Below the pieces are notes generated by a model. The model ran no database searches. It saw only the letters and a program-made list of their open reading frames with translations, and was not told the DNA's origin. Shown here one piece after another: positions 1 through 9,799 of a stretch of DNA of 64,000 nt. The DNA lies in NCBI GenBank assembly GCA_045606105.1, contig JAZURI010000003.1, forward strand, positions 167,124 through 231,123, given 5' to 3'. How positions within the stretch are numbered: the first letter of the stretch is position 1; each line of letters opens with the position of its first letter. The DNA comes from Spirochaetia bacterium. GTDB taxonomy: Bacteria > Spirochaetota > Spirochaetia > CADAEX01. The position numbers and the translations under genes were made by a program.

Positions 1-322
1 GCTTCTCCGTATCCTCTCCTGCAGGAAAGAGGAATGCAAAGTTCTTCCCAAGCTGTGGTGCTGCCTCGTATCTGAAGGGCTCTGTGATGTTTTTCCTGGT
101 TTTTCTTATCTTTCCTTCAGCTTCCGGTTCCAGGGTTATGACAGTGCAGGAGGAAAATTCCAGGCTGAGAGTTCCTTTCCCTTCCTCTGTCCCCATCAGA
201 CCGTTGTAGATTACTACATCATACAGAACATTGCCTCCCGGGGTAAAACGACCGCAGAGAATATATCCGTTTTCCGGTATACAGCCAAGGGCTGCCGCCT
301 CATAGATATCGATTCCTTTCAT
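1..322 (-). CDS. Hypothetical protein (N-terminal part; runs off the window edge)
   Basis: Hand translation gives an open frame from ATG 322 (MKGIDIYEAAALGCIPENGYILCGRF...) to position 1. It starts 4 nt after the kamA-family stop, suggesting one operon. Confidence 0.7.
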   Translation of the reverse strand, partial: MKGIDIYEAAALGCIPENGYILCGRFTPGGNVLYDVVIYNGLMGTEEGKGTLSLEFSSCTVITLEPEAEGKIRKTRKNITEPFRYEAAPQLGKNFAFLFPAGEDTEK

Positions 323-326
323 TCTG

Positions 327-1397
327 TCACTCCGCAGGATACCTGTATCGGTTTCCCAGATAGTTTTCCAGTACTATTTCACTCTCATCCTTTGATATCA
401 CATAGTTGTGGCTTATAGGAACCTTTCCCCCACCGCCGGGTGCATCGATCACATACTTAGGTACCGCATATCCCGATATGGCGCCTGTAAGGTCATGCAT
501 TATTTCTATTCCCTTCTCGACAGGAACTCTGAAATGGCTTATTCCCACGCTAAGATCGCACTGATGGATATAATATGGGCGGACCCTGGCCTTTACCAGC
601 TTCAGGAGCAGTTCCTTCATTACAGGTGTGGAATCGTTTATTCCTTTAAGAAGCACGCTCTGGTTTCCCAGCGGAATTCCTGCATCCACCAGCTTTTCAC
701 AGGCCTTTACAGCCTCTTCGGTAAGCTCCTTAGGATGATTGAAATGGGTATTTATCCAGATAGGATGATATTTTTTCAGCATGTTCACCAGCTCATCGGT
801 TATTCTCATGGGAAGTGTCACCGGAGTCCTGGTTCCTATTCTTATGATTTCCACATGCTCTATTGCCCTTATGGAAGAAATTATCTCTTCCAGCTTTTCT
901 GTAGGAAGTACAAATGGATCCCCGCCGGAAATAAGGACATCCCTGATTTCGGGGGTACGGGAGATATAGTCAACTGCACATTCTATCTCCTTTCTGCCCA
1001 CCACCGAGCATTCGTCGGAGCCCACGATTCTTCTTCTTGTGCAATGTCTGCAGTAGGAGCCGCACTGTACCGTAACGATAAACAGAGCCCTGTCCGGGTA
1101 CCGTCTCACCACATTGGGTACCGGATTGAAATGGACCTCTCCCAGAGGATCATCCAGGTCGGACTTGTCTCTTACGGTTTCCTTCAGCGAAGGGACAGCC
1201 TGAAGCCTTATGGGACAGTTTCTGTCATACCTGTCCATCAGCGAGGCGTAATAGGGGGTAACAGCCATCCTGAAGCTGCCCAGACATTTTTCTATATCCT
1301 CTTTTTCTTCTGCAGAAAGGGAAATTATCTTTTCTAGCTCTCCGGCTGTGGTTATCCTGTTAGCCAGTTGCCACCGCCAGTCCTGCCGGTTATCCAT
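327..1397 (-). CDS. KamA/EpmB family radical SAM lysine 2,3-aminomutase-like protein
   Basis: CxxxCxxC motif (CGSYCRHC), RYPDR, SGGDP, NQSVLLKGIND, and the PLP-lysine motif PGGGGKVP. Confidence 0.9.
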   Translation of the reverse strand: MDNRQDWRWQLANRITTAGELEKIISLSAEEKEDIEKCLGSFRMAVTPYYASLMDRYDRNCPIRLQAVPSLKETVRDKSDLDDPLGEVHFNPVPNVVRRYPDRALFIVTVQCGSYCRHCTRRRIVGSDECSVVGRKEIECAVDYISRTPEIRDVLISGGDPFVLPTEKLEEIISSIRAIEHVEIIRIGTRTPVTLPMRITDELVNMLKKYHPIWINTHFNHPKELTEEAVKACEKLVDAGIPLGNQSVLLKGINDSTPVMKELLLKLVKARVRPYYIHQCDLSVGISHFRVPVEKGIEIMHDLTGAISGYAVPKYVIDAPGGGGKVPISHNYVISKDESEIVLENYLGNRYRYPAE

Positions 1398-1398
1398 G

Positions 1399-1992
1399 TC
1401 AGACCCCGCTTATTTCGAAAAGGGCTTCCTGAGTGTTGGAACCCTTGAAGTTTATATTTTCCAGCTGTGAGAACACGAAGCTTGCCTTCTTGATGTTGCA
1501 GTTGCCGAAGTTTATGTTTTTCAGGTCTGCATTCAGGAATGCTGAAAAATAGAAGTCGCTGTCACTGAAATCACAGTTGTAGATCTTGCATCCGTTGAAG
1601 TTTGAATGGAATATATCCGATTCGTTGATGTTTCCGTAGATAAAAGAGGAAACTGCAAAGGAGGTGGATTTTACCCTGCTGCGGAAGAAACGGCATCTCT
1701 TGAAACTGGAAAAATCGAAAAAGCACTGCTTGATGCTCATTTCGGAAAAATCACAGTTTATGAAGGTACATTCCTTGAAGAAGGATGATGAAAGATGCTT
1801 GTTTCTGAAGGAAATATTCTCAAAGGTCATGAACTGGAAATTCAGATCCTCGATTTTTTGGTTTTTTTCTATGAATTTCAGGGTTGCCTTCATTGTCTCC
1901 TGCTGATTTTCGCAATGTCTGAGACAGTAACGGCCCCCGTTGAAGATAAAATTGTGACACCCTTTGATTTCACATCGCTTAAAGGAAAACAT
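1399..1992 (-). CDS. Pentapeptide-repeat protein with N-terminal Cys/His cluster
   Basis: Five-residue F/x periodicity (CTFINCDFSEMSIKQCFFDFSSFKRCRF...). Start is ATG 1992 or 2007; the upstream ATG overlaps a TATAAT. Confidence 0.8.
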   Translation of the reverse strand: MFSFKRCEIKGCHNFIFNGGRYCLRHCENQQETMKATLKFIEKNQKIEDLNFQFMTFENISFRNKHLSSSFFKECTFINCDFSEMSIKQCFFDFSSFKRCRFFRSRVKSTSFAVSSFIYGNINESDIFHSNFNGCKIYNCDFSDSDFYFSAFLNADLKNINFGNCNIKKASFVFSQLENINFKGSNTQEALFEISGV

Positions 1993-2067
1993 GGAGAAAT
2001 TATACATTAAAATTCATTATTTTGGTAGTGGTTGAAGATAAGAGAAAAAAAAAGTATCATATCAGGT

Positions 2068-2946
2068 ATGAAAATACTTGAAAACGAACCTATGTCATTG
2101 CATACCACATTCAAGGTCGGAGGTAATGCCCGCCTCTTCATGATGCCGGAAAACAGGGATGAGCTTGTTGCGGCCCTGGACACAGCCCGGGAGAAGGGGA
2201 TGAAGCATTTCATACTCGGCGGGGGAGCCAATGTCCTTTTTCCCGACGAGGGATACGACGGTATTGTCATTTCCACCGAGGCCATGAAAAGGATATGGAC
2301 AGGAGATGACGGACTTCTGCATGCAGAATGCGGTGCGGCTGTCAGTGATGCTGCATTTTTCTCATGCCGTGAGGGTTATTCCGGACTCCATGTGTTCTAT
2401 TCCATGCCGGGCTCCGTAGGTGGTGCCGTTTTCATGAATGCCAGATGCTACAATGTCTCGGTTTCCGATATTCTCCGCAGTGTGGTTTATCTCAGCCGTG
2501 AAGGGGAAATCAGGACAGCAGAGAAAAAAAATGAAGAATTTGGTTATAAAATCAGCCCATTTCAGAAAAACGGTGGTATAATACTTGAGGCTGTTTTCGG
2601 ACTGCAGAGTGTTTCCGGTGAAAAGGAGCGGGAAGAGCTTGAAAAGGAAATGAACAGCTACAAGGAGGACAGGACCTCCAAGGGGCATTTTCTCTATCCG
2701 TGTGCCGGATCTGTTTTCAAAAACAACAGAAATTTCGGTGAACCGACAGGAAAATTGATAGACAGCCTGAATCTGAGGGGTTATACTGTAGGAGGTGCCG
2801 GAATTTCCGAGCATCATGCCAATATTATCGTAAACAGGGGCAATGCCACAGCTTCGGATATCAAGACTTTGGTTGCCTATGTTGAAGAAAGGGTGAAGGG
2901 AGCCCTTGGTTTTACTCTTGAAAGGGAAATAATCTACGTTGAGTAA
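2068..2946 (+). CDS. murB: UDP-N-acetylenolpyruvoylglucosamine reductase
   Basis: HTTFKVGG, LGGGANVL, PGSVGGAVFMNA, AGSVFKN, HANIIVN. The start may instead be TTG 2032. Confidence 0.95.
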   Translation: MKILENEPMSLHTTFKVGGNARLFMMPENRDELVAALDTAREKGMKHFILGGGANVLFPDEGYDGIVISTEAMKRIWTGDDGLLHAECGAAVSDAAFFSCREGYSGLHVFYSMPGSVGGAVFMNARCYNVSVSDILRSVVYLSREGEIRTAEKKNEEFGYKISPFQKNGGIILEAVFGLQSVSGEKEREELEKEMNSYKEDRTSKGHFLYPCAGSVFKNNRNFGEPTGKLIDSLNLRGYTVGGAGISEHHANIIVNRGNATASDIKTLVAYVEERVKGALGFTLEREIIYVE

Positions 2947-2960
2947 GGGGATAATCAACG

Positions 2961-4313
2961 ATGACAACTCTGGAATCAATAAGAGAATATCTGGAAATCT
3001 TCAATCAGACAGATCTGCGCAATAACCTGAGCCAGATTACTACCCAGGACCTTATCGAGAACTGGGAGATGCTGAGCGAGGAAGAGGGAAGGATAATTTT
3101 CCGCAATCTTCCGCTGGATATGAAGATAGATCTCATGAATTCCCTTTCCGCCATAGATCAGGAAGCAATAATAAAGGATCTCACCGACGGCGGCTTTACC
3201 GGAATCAAGCAGCTTCTCAAGGAGATGGAGCCGGACGACCTTGCCGACATCATCCAGTGCGCCGCCCCCGACGTACGCAAGTCTGTATGGGAAAACCTCG
3301 GCGATGACGTGAAGAGAGAGATGATCTTTCTCCTGAAGTTTGACGAGGATGATGCAGCGGGACTCATGACCACCCGTTACATTGCCATCAGATCCAATAT
3401 CACCGTAAATCAGGCCATAAGATTCATCAGAAGCCACAAGACAAAGGATGTTGAAACTCCTTACATCATATATGTCGTAGACCAGTTCAAGCGGCTCATC
3501 GGGGTTCTTTCCCTGAGGGAGCTTCTGGAATCGGAAGATGACGATACCATCAAGGATATAATGACCACCGATGTAATTTCGGTAAACGAGAAGACCGACC
3601 AGGAGGAGACAGCAAAGATTCTCACCACCTACGGCTTTCTTGCCCTTCCTGTCGTGGATGATGACAACGAGCTTTTGGGTATCGTAACCTTTGACGATAT
3701 CATCGACGTTATCGAGGAGGAGCAGACCGAGGATATCTACAAGATGGGTGCCATCAGCGGTAAGGTAGTTCCGTATCTCGATACCTCAATATGGGGTATG
3801 GTAAAGAAAAGGGTGCCGTGGCTGGTTATCCTTCTTTTCCTGGGTACTGTAACCACCAACGTCCTTTCTCATTATGAATCCATAGTAATGGGTGCAGCAT
3901 TCCTCTTTATCTTCATGCCTGTAATCACACAGACCGGAGGTAATGTCAGCAACCAGTCCTCCGCCCTCATGATCCGCGGTCTTGCCACCGGCGAGATTTC
4001 CACCGGCGATACCTTCAGGATCCTTCTCAGGGAAATGGCCATAGGACTCATTATGGGTATAATCACGGGAATAGCAATCTTTCTCAGGGGTATCATTTTT
4101 CCTCCGGAAATAACCTTGTACCAGGCCTGTGCCATCTCTATGTCCCTCTGCTTCGTTGTTATATTCTCAGGGATAGTAGGTGCCCTGGCTCCCCTCTTTA
4201 TCCACAAGCTGGGAATGGACCCTACAGTCATGTCGGGACCTCTTCTTTCCACCGTTATCGACGTATGCGGACTCTCGATTTACTTTGAGCTGGCTAAATT
4301 TTTCCTCAGGTAA
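2961..4313 (+). CDS. mgtE: Magnesium transporter MgtE
   Basis: N-domain, CBS pair (AAGLMTT, LPVVD) and TM domain with TGGN and MDPTVMSGPLLSTVIDV. Confidence 0.95.
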   Translation: MTTLESIREYLEIFNQTDLRNNLSQITTQDLIENWEMLSEEEGRIIFRNLPLDMKIDLMNSLSAIDQEAIIKDLTDGGFTGIKQLLKEMEPDDLADIIQCAAPDVRKSVWENLGDDVKREMIFLLKFDEDDAAGLMTTRYIAIRSNITVNQAIRFIRSHKTKDVETPYIIYVVDQFKRLIGVLSLRELLESEDDDTIKDIMTTDVISVNEKTDQEETAKILTTYGFLALPVVDDDNELLGIVTFDDIIDVIEEEQTEDIYKMGAISGKVVPYLDTSIWGMVKKRVPWLVILLFLGTVTTNVLSHYESIVMGAAFLFIFMPVITQTGGNVSNQSSALMIRGLATGEISTGDTFRILLREMAIGLIMGIITGIAIFLRGIIFPPEITLYQACAISMSLCFVVIFSGIVGALAPLFIHKLGMDPTVMSGPLLSTVIDVCGLSIYFELAKFFLR

Positions 4314-4406
4314 AATAATTTACAAAACAATCCTTAAAAGGCTTTTAAATTTTTTTTCTTTATTGTATAACAATCTAACATATTTATTTGTTTGAGGAGA
4401 AAAAAC

Positions 4407-5522
4407 ATGTTAAAGGTAGGTTTTGTCGGTTATCGCGGCATGGTCGGGTCCGTTCTCATGCAGAGAATGGTAGAAGAAGGTGATTTCGGTGGTTTTGAGA
4501 AGGTTTTCTTTTCTACATCACAGGCTGGAAAAAATGACAGATATGCAGGCGGTGAAACGGGAATTCTTGCAGATGCATTTGATATCAGTAAACTCAAACA
4601 GATGGATATCATAGTTACGTGTCAGGGAGGAAGCTATACAGAGAAGGTTTATCCTGAACTTATGGCAACCGGATGGAAGGGATACTGGATTGATGCGGCA
4701 TCCACTCTCAGAATGGAAAAGGACAGCATTATCGTTCTTGATCCTGTAAACCGTCACGTTATCGACAAGGGACTCTCAGAGGGAATCAGATGCTTTGTAG
4801 GCGGTAACTGTACAGTCAGCCTCATGCTCATGGGAATCGGAGCCCTTTTCGCAAACAATCTCGTTGAATGGCTTACAAGCATGACATATCAGGCTTCATC
4901 CGGAGCAGGAGCAAAGAACATGAAGGAGCTCCTTGCACAGATGAACTATCTGGGACATTCCGCAGGAGAAGCAGTCTACGATCCTGCATCTGCAATCCTT
5001 GATGTGGACAGGACAGTTACAGCAGCCATGAGATCCGAAGGGATGCCTGTGGACAATTTCAAGGTTCCTCTGGCCGGTAGCGTTATTCCATGGATTGACA
5101 AGAAGCTTGAAAACGGACAGTCAAAGGAAGAGTGGAAGGGAGTTTCCGAAACAAACAAGATTCTCCAGACCTCAAAGATTATCCCTATCGACGGTCTTTG
5201 TGTAAGAATCGGTGCCATGAGATGTCACAGCCAGGCTATTACAGTAAAGCTCAACAAGGATGTTCCGCTGGATGAAATCTATGGAATGATCCAGAGCTCC
5301 AACGACTGGGTAAAGGTTATTCCTAACGAGGTTGAGGATACAATCAAGTACCTTACACCGGCAGCAGTTTCAGGTACACTTACAGTCCCTGTAGGAAGAA
5401 TGAGAAAGATGAACCTTGGACCTGAATATCTCACACTGTTTACAGTAGGTGACCAGCTCCTCTGGGGTGCTGCAGAGCCTATCCGCAGAATGCTTAAGAT
5501 TGCCCTGGAATATCTGGGCTGA
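4407..5522 (+). CDS. asd: Aspartate-semialdehyde dehydrogenase (E. coli-like long type)
   Basis: [57 protein letters not shown] precedes ATG 4407. Confidence 0.97.
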   Translation: MLKVGFVGYRGMVGSVLMQRMVEEGDFGGFEKVFFSTSQAGKNDRYAGGETGILADAFDISKLKQMDIIVTCQGGSYTEKVYPELMATGWKGYWIDAASTLRMEKDSIIVLDPVNRHVIDKGLSEGIRCFVGGNCTVSLMLMGIGALFANNLVEWLTSMTYQASSGAGAKNMKELLAQMNYLGHSAGEAVYDPASAILDVDRTVTAAMRSEGMPVDNFKVPLAGSVIPWIDKKLENGQSKEEWKGVSETNKILQTSKIIPIDGLCVRIGAMRCHSQAITVKLNKDVPLDEIYGMIQSSNDWVKVIPNEVEDTIKYLTPAAVSGTLTVPVGRMRKMNLGPEYLTLFTVGDQLLWGAAEPIRRMLKIALEYLG

Positions 5523-5526
5523 TATT

Positions 5527-5829
5527 TTATTCAACGGCTTCGATCAGGAAACTTACCGGTCTGAAGCCGTCATTACATGAAATCATGGCTGAATGGGGAT
5601 TCTTCATCCAGCCGTCATAAAAATTTCCCCCGCCGTTACACAGTTCCTTTACAAAGCTTTCCATGGTTTCCCATGCACTCTGACACAGTCCTTCAGGTTT
5701 TTCACCGTTGACGGAAACAAAAACCGAGCCTGTTTCCATATCGCAGGGAGTTTCCAGAAAATTTTCATACTTTTCAGACAGATCGGGATACGATGCCTTT
5801 CTCATTACAGTAATTCTGCAGTTTTTCAT
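5527..5829 (-). CDS. TIGR04076 family small Cys-containing protein
   Basis: KPEGLCQSAW and SCNDGFRPVSF motifs. Confidence 0.8.
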   Translation of the reverse strand: MKNCRITVMRKASYPDLSEKYENFLETPCDMETGSVFVSVNGEKPEGLCQSAWETMESFVKELCNGGGNFYDGWMKNPHSAMISCNDGFRPVSFLIEAVE

Positions 5830-5876
5830 TGCATTATATTTTACAAGATGATTATAATATTTTTAAGAGGTAATTT

Positions 5877-6389
5877 ATGAATATTTTGATTTTGAACGGA
5901 AGTCCCAGAACTTCCGGAAATACGGCAGCCCTTGTAAAAGGCTTTGAGGAAGGGGCTCTTTCAAAGGGGCATCAGGTTAATGTAATAAATGTGGGAAAAC
6001 TCAGGCTCAACGGATGTGTGGCCTGTGAATACTGCCATGAAAAAGGAAACGGGAAATGTGTTTTTGAGGATGACATGAAGCCTGTATACGATGCCCTCGA
6101 TACAGCGGACGTGGTTGTGTTTGCCAGTCCTGTATATTACTGGGGATTCAGCGGCCAGCTTCAGTCTGCCATTACCAGATTCTACGCTCCGAATGTTCCT
6201 AAGGCCCGTAAATATGCACTGCTGCTCAGTTCCCAGTCTCCGGGAGTATACGACGGAATCATTTCCCAGTATCGGTCCATGCTGGGCTATTTCGGAGCCG
6301 AAAGTGCGGGTATAGTTACTGCAGCCGGAGATGAGAACAAATCTCCTGCCAAAATAAAAGAGGCCTGCACGCTGGGCGCAAGCCTCTGA
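5877..6389 (+). CDS. Iron-sulfur flavoprotein / NADPH-dependent FMN reductase family
   Basis: NGSPR..GNT, CxxCxxC-x7-C, ASPVYY. Confidence 0.9.
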   Translation: MNILILNGSPRTSGNTAALVKGFEEGALSKGHQVNVINVGKLRLNGCVACEYCHEKGNGKCVFEDDMKPVYDALDTADVVVFASPVYYWGFSGQLQSAITRFYAPNVPKARKYALLLSSQSPGVYDGIISQYRSMLGYFGAESAGIVTAAGDENKSPAKIKEACTLGASL

Positions 6390-6406
6390 AACTGATCTGA
6401 TCTGTA

Positions 6407-7855
6407 TCAGATTTCCGGGTGGCGGTCAAAGAAATCCTTTGTGCATTTTGCAACAACTCCGCTCAGAACTATAAGCGAAACACAGTTTGGAATAGCCATG
6501 AGGCCGTTGAAAATATCCGCAATTGTGAAAACTGCATTTACGGTGAAGAAAGGTCCGATTGCAACAGCCAGGATAAAGAGCCATCTGAAAACCAGAACCG
6601 GTCCCATTTTTCCTTTTGTCAGGTATTCAAGACATTTTTCGCAGTAATAATCCCATCCGAGAATGGTTGTGAAAGCAAAGAACATGAGACACAGCATAAG
6701 GAAGAACTGAAGACTCTGACCGTCTCCTCCGAGGTTTCTTGCAAAAGCGGCTGAAGTAAGAGCTACTCCCATGAGCCCTTTGCCGCCGAGAGCTTCGGAT
6801 GTCCAGAGATCTGCTCCGCCGATAACGATTGCAAGACCTGTCATTGTACAGATGATAAGTGTATCGATAACTGTTCCGGTCATGTTTACAAGACCCTGTT
6901 CAACAGGTTCGTCTGTCTGTACTGCTGATGCAGCTATAGGTGCGGAACCGAGACCTGCTTCATTGGAGAAGATACCGCGGGCAATACCTTTCTGCATGGA
7001 GTCTGTGATCTGCTTGAGAACAAATCCGCAGGCACCGCCGGCAACTGCTGTAAATCCGAATGCATTCTGGATAATAAGTACAAAAGCGTCCGGAATCTTT
7101 GTAAGGTTCATTACAATAACGCTGAGACCGATGAAAACGTAGAGGGCAGCCATGAAAGGAACAACTACGGATGCAACTTTTGCAATACGCTTGATTCCTC
7201 CGATGATTACGAATGCCACGCAGAGTGTGACAAAGATACTTCCGATAACTGTAGCCCAGGAGTAAGAGTTTCCGGAGAATGTGAATGCAATATTCTGGTT
7301 GTTAGGGTCAAAAACATTGTTGATGGCGGAAGTGATACCGTTGATCTGTGACATTGTTCCGATACCCATAAGTCCGGCCAGTGCTCCGAAAACGGCAAAT
7401 GTTACAGCAAGCCATTTCCATTTCTGTCCCATACCTTTCTCGATTGTGTAGAACGGACCTCCGAGGATATGACCGTCGGCAGGATTGATTTCCCTGTATT
7501 TGATTGCAAGCATACATTCTGCATATTTTGTCGCAGTACCCAGGATTGCGGCAATCCACATCCAGAAGAGGGCACCGGGACCGCCGGCTGCAATTGCTGT
7601 TGCTACACCTACGATGTTTCCTGTACCGATAGTTGCCGAAAGAGCTGTACAAAGTGCGGCAAACCCTGAAAGTTCACCCTGGCTCTTATTGTCCTGTTTC
7701 TTGAAAATAGATTTGAAAGCATAGCTAAGCTTTGTAAACTGAATTCCCCTGCATCTTACAGTGAGAATGATACCTGTTGCCAGAATAAGGATAATTGTAG
7801 GGAGACCCCATACAACATCATCTACAGCAACCAGAAAAGATTCAAATTCTTTCAC
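6407..7855 (-). CDS. Na+/alanine-glycine symporter (AGCS family)
   Basis: GTGNIVGVATAIAAGGPGALFWMW, RGIFSNEAGLGSA, IDTLIICTMT. GTG start with RBS GGAG. Confidence 0.95.
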   Translation of the reverse strand: MKEFESFLVAVDDVVWGLPTIILILATGIILTVRCRGIQFTKLSYAFKSIFKKQDNKSQGELSGFAALCTALSATIGTGNIVGVATAIAAGGPGALFWMWIAAILGTATKYAECMLAIKYREINPADGHILGGPFYTIEKGMGQKWKWLAVTFAVFGALAGLMGIGTMSQINGITSAINNVFDPNNQNIAFTFSGNSYSWATVIGSIFVTLCVAFVIIGGIKRIAKVASVVVPFMAALYVFIGLSVIVMNLTKIPDAFVLIIQNAFGFTAVAGGACGFVLKQITDSMQKGIARGIFSNEAGLGSAPIAASAVQTDEPVEQGLVNMTGTVIDTLIICTMTGLAIVIGGADLWTSEALGGKGLMGVALTSAAFARNLGGDGQSLQFFLMLCLMFFAFTTILGWDYYCEKCLEYLTKGKMGPVLVFRWLFILAVAIGPFFTVNAVFTIADIFNGLMAIPNCVSLIVLSGVVAKCTKDFFDRHPEI

Positions 7856-7869
7856 CTTGTTTCTCCGGT

Positions 7870-8475
7870 TTAATATTTTTCAAGCTGATTCAGAAGCGAA
7901 TCAAGCTTTTTGCCATAATTTCTGTCCACAGACCATGTTCCTGTCAGTTTCCATACGGTAGGAGCCTTGCCTCTGGGCTGTACATAGCTGTAACGCTTGT
8001 CGACCAGCCTGTTCTTTAATTTTTTCCCGGCAGGTGTTGCATATGCATGCAGATGCTGGATGTGAGCCCGTACCCCTATGACTTCAGACGGAAACCTGTC
8101 CCCCGGATTTTTCCTGCCGGTGGAACCGAGTCCGCAGTAATTGTGCATCCACGGCTTTACCAGACCGCCGAAGCGGAGAAAGCCTGTTTCCAGACACATC
8201 TGCACAAAAGCTATGTCTGAATTTATCCCTTCCAGGCGTGCTTCGGAAACATAGTAACCTGCAAGACGCCTTACTTTCTTATTATCGGCTTTTGGATTGT
8301 TGGCCATAAAGAATTTTTCCAGTTCATATGAATCTTTTACCCCGAGAGCATAGATATTTCTTGAACATTTCTTCGAGGATGAAAGATAATTTCTGTCTTC
8401 CGGTGTATAAAAAAAAGTAGAGCATGATGAGAACAGCAGAAGAATCAGAATGAACGGAATAAATTTTTTCATCAA
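7870..8475 (-). CDS. Glucosaminidase-domain (GH73-like) lipoprotein
   Basis: Lipobox LFSSC; AFVQMCLETGFL, HNYCGLG, GVRAHIQHLHAYA. Confidence 0.85.
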   Translation of the reverse strand: MMKKFIPFILILLLFSSCSTFFYTPEDRNYLSSSKKCSRNIYALGVKDSYELEKFFMANNPKADNKKVRRLAGYYVSEARLEGINSDIAFVQMCLETGFLRFGGLVKPWMHNYCGLGSTGRKNPGDRFPSEVIGVRAHIQHLHAYATPAGKKLKNRLVDKRYSYVQPRGKAPTVWKLTGTWSVDRNYGKKLDSLLNQLEKY

Positions 8476-9695
8476 AGCTGTCCGTTCCTCAGAAAATCCA
8501 GGGCATTTATGCTCTTTATTCCCGATTCTTCAAGTCCCTCCGGCTTGTCCAGGGAAATGAGAATCCTTGGATAGTAATCCCTTATAAGCTTGAAGGATTT
8601 GATTTTCTTTGCAAGAACCTTGCTGTCCTTGGTGAAGCACTCTACCTGGATATAGCGGGTTTCACCGTTCTTTACTGCCATGAAGTCGATTTCATGGGTT
8701 CCGATCTTTCCGGCATATATTTCATAATCCTGCTTTGCCAGCTCAAGGAAAACCATATTCCTTAGGATTGAGTTCATGTCCGGCTTTGTGGCTGTAAGCA
8801 CCCGTCCTATACCCATATCCGCGGTATAGTACTTGGAAAGACTTTTAAGATGTTCCTTGTTTCTGATATCGTAGCGGTCCACCCTGTAGAACAGAAAGCA
8901 TTCCTCCAGATAGTGCAGGTAGTGCTCGGCTGTAGGCTGTGTGGTTTTTATTCCCACCATGGTAAGTATATCGCTGAGCTTCTTTGAAGAAACCGAAGTT
9001 CCGGTATTCCTTAGAAGAAACCTTATTGCGGAATCCAGGACATTTATCTCCTTTATCGGATGTCTTGCCGCAATATCCTTCACTATCACGGTGTTGTAAA
9101 GCCCGGTAAGGTAGTGGGCTATGTTCCTGTCGTTTCTGGCCAGCTGTACCGTAAAAGGGAAGTTGCCGAACTTGGCATAATCCAGGAAGCTGTGATCTAT
9201 TGAGAGCTCGGCTGTGGAGCCCCTGTGGAGAAGCTGCTTCTTTGCCTCCAGGTATTCCCCGAAGGAGAAAGGCATCATTTTCATGATATAAGGCTTTTCC
9301 TTTATTGCTGCCATCAGCTTTCCCGAAAGAATGGATCTGTTGGAGCCCGAAATGTAGATGTCGGTATTTTCCATGTTGAAAAGATTGTAGATGACCTTGT
9401 GGAAATCGGGACACTGCTGAGCCTCATCGATAATGATATAGTTCATTCCCTCTTTTTTGAGTTTTGATACTATATGCTGAAAGAGTGACCTGCAGTTACG
9501 GAGATTGGAATATTCCGGCTCCTCCAGCTGTATGAACTGTGTGAAGCTTTCCTCTGTCCCCTTGCTGATAAGTATTTTCCTGAACTGTTCAAGAAAAACT
9601 GATTTTCCGCATCCCCTGACACCGGTGATTATCTTGACTTCTTTCTTATCCTTATGAGCAATAAGCTGCTTAAGGTAATCCATTCTAACAATCAT
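8472..9695 (-). CDS. AAA_14 ATPase with DUF4143 domain
   Basis: Walker A GVRGCGKS, Walker B IIDEAQ, KYYTADMG, EIDFMA...YIQV. Confidence 0.88.
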   Translation of the reverse strand: MIVRMDYLKQLIAHKDKKEVKIITGVRGCGKSVFLEQFRKILISKGTEESFTQFIQLEEPEYSNLRNCRSLFQHIVSKLKKEGMNYIIIDEAQQCPDFHKVIYNLFNMENTDIYISGSNRSILSGKLMAAIKEKPYIMKMMPFSFGEYLEAKKQLLHRGSTAELSIDHSFLDYAKFGNFPFTVQLARNDRNIAHYLTGLYNTVIVKDIAARHPIKEINVLDSAIRFLLRNTGTSVSSKKLSDILTMVGIKTTQPTAEHYLHYLEECFLFYRVDRYDIRNKEHLKSLSKYYTADMGIGRVLTATKPDMNSILRNMVFLELAKQDYEIYAGKIGTHEIDFMAVKNGETRYIQVECFTKDSKVLAKKIKSFKLIRDYYPRILISLDKPEGLEESGIKSINALDFLRNGQL

Positions 9696-9799
9696 AATAA
9701 TTATTATATTTTAAGAACCCTGAAAAATCAATGTATTTTTAAACCGAGCTTTGAGAAAATATTATTGAAACAGTAGCCCCGGAGTTGTATTATTCCGGT

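Noticed and set aside
408-1337. Long antisense ORFs (408-1337, 22661-23446, 28950-29720, 44609-45430, 50973-51785, 52537-53334, 53345-54115)
   Set aside because: They are shadow frames opposite well-supported genes and have no recognisable motifs.
7856-7869. Glycine riboswitch expected before the AGCS symporter; also M-box before mgtE and ZTP riboswitch before purC
   Set aside because: The gaps before the symporter and mgtE are only 14 nt, and the purC leader is AT-rich with no recognisable aptamer.
8472-9695. AAA/DUF4143 ATPase as a defence system
   Set aside because: It is a widespread stand-alone family, and there are no neighbouring defence genes here.
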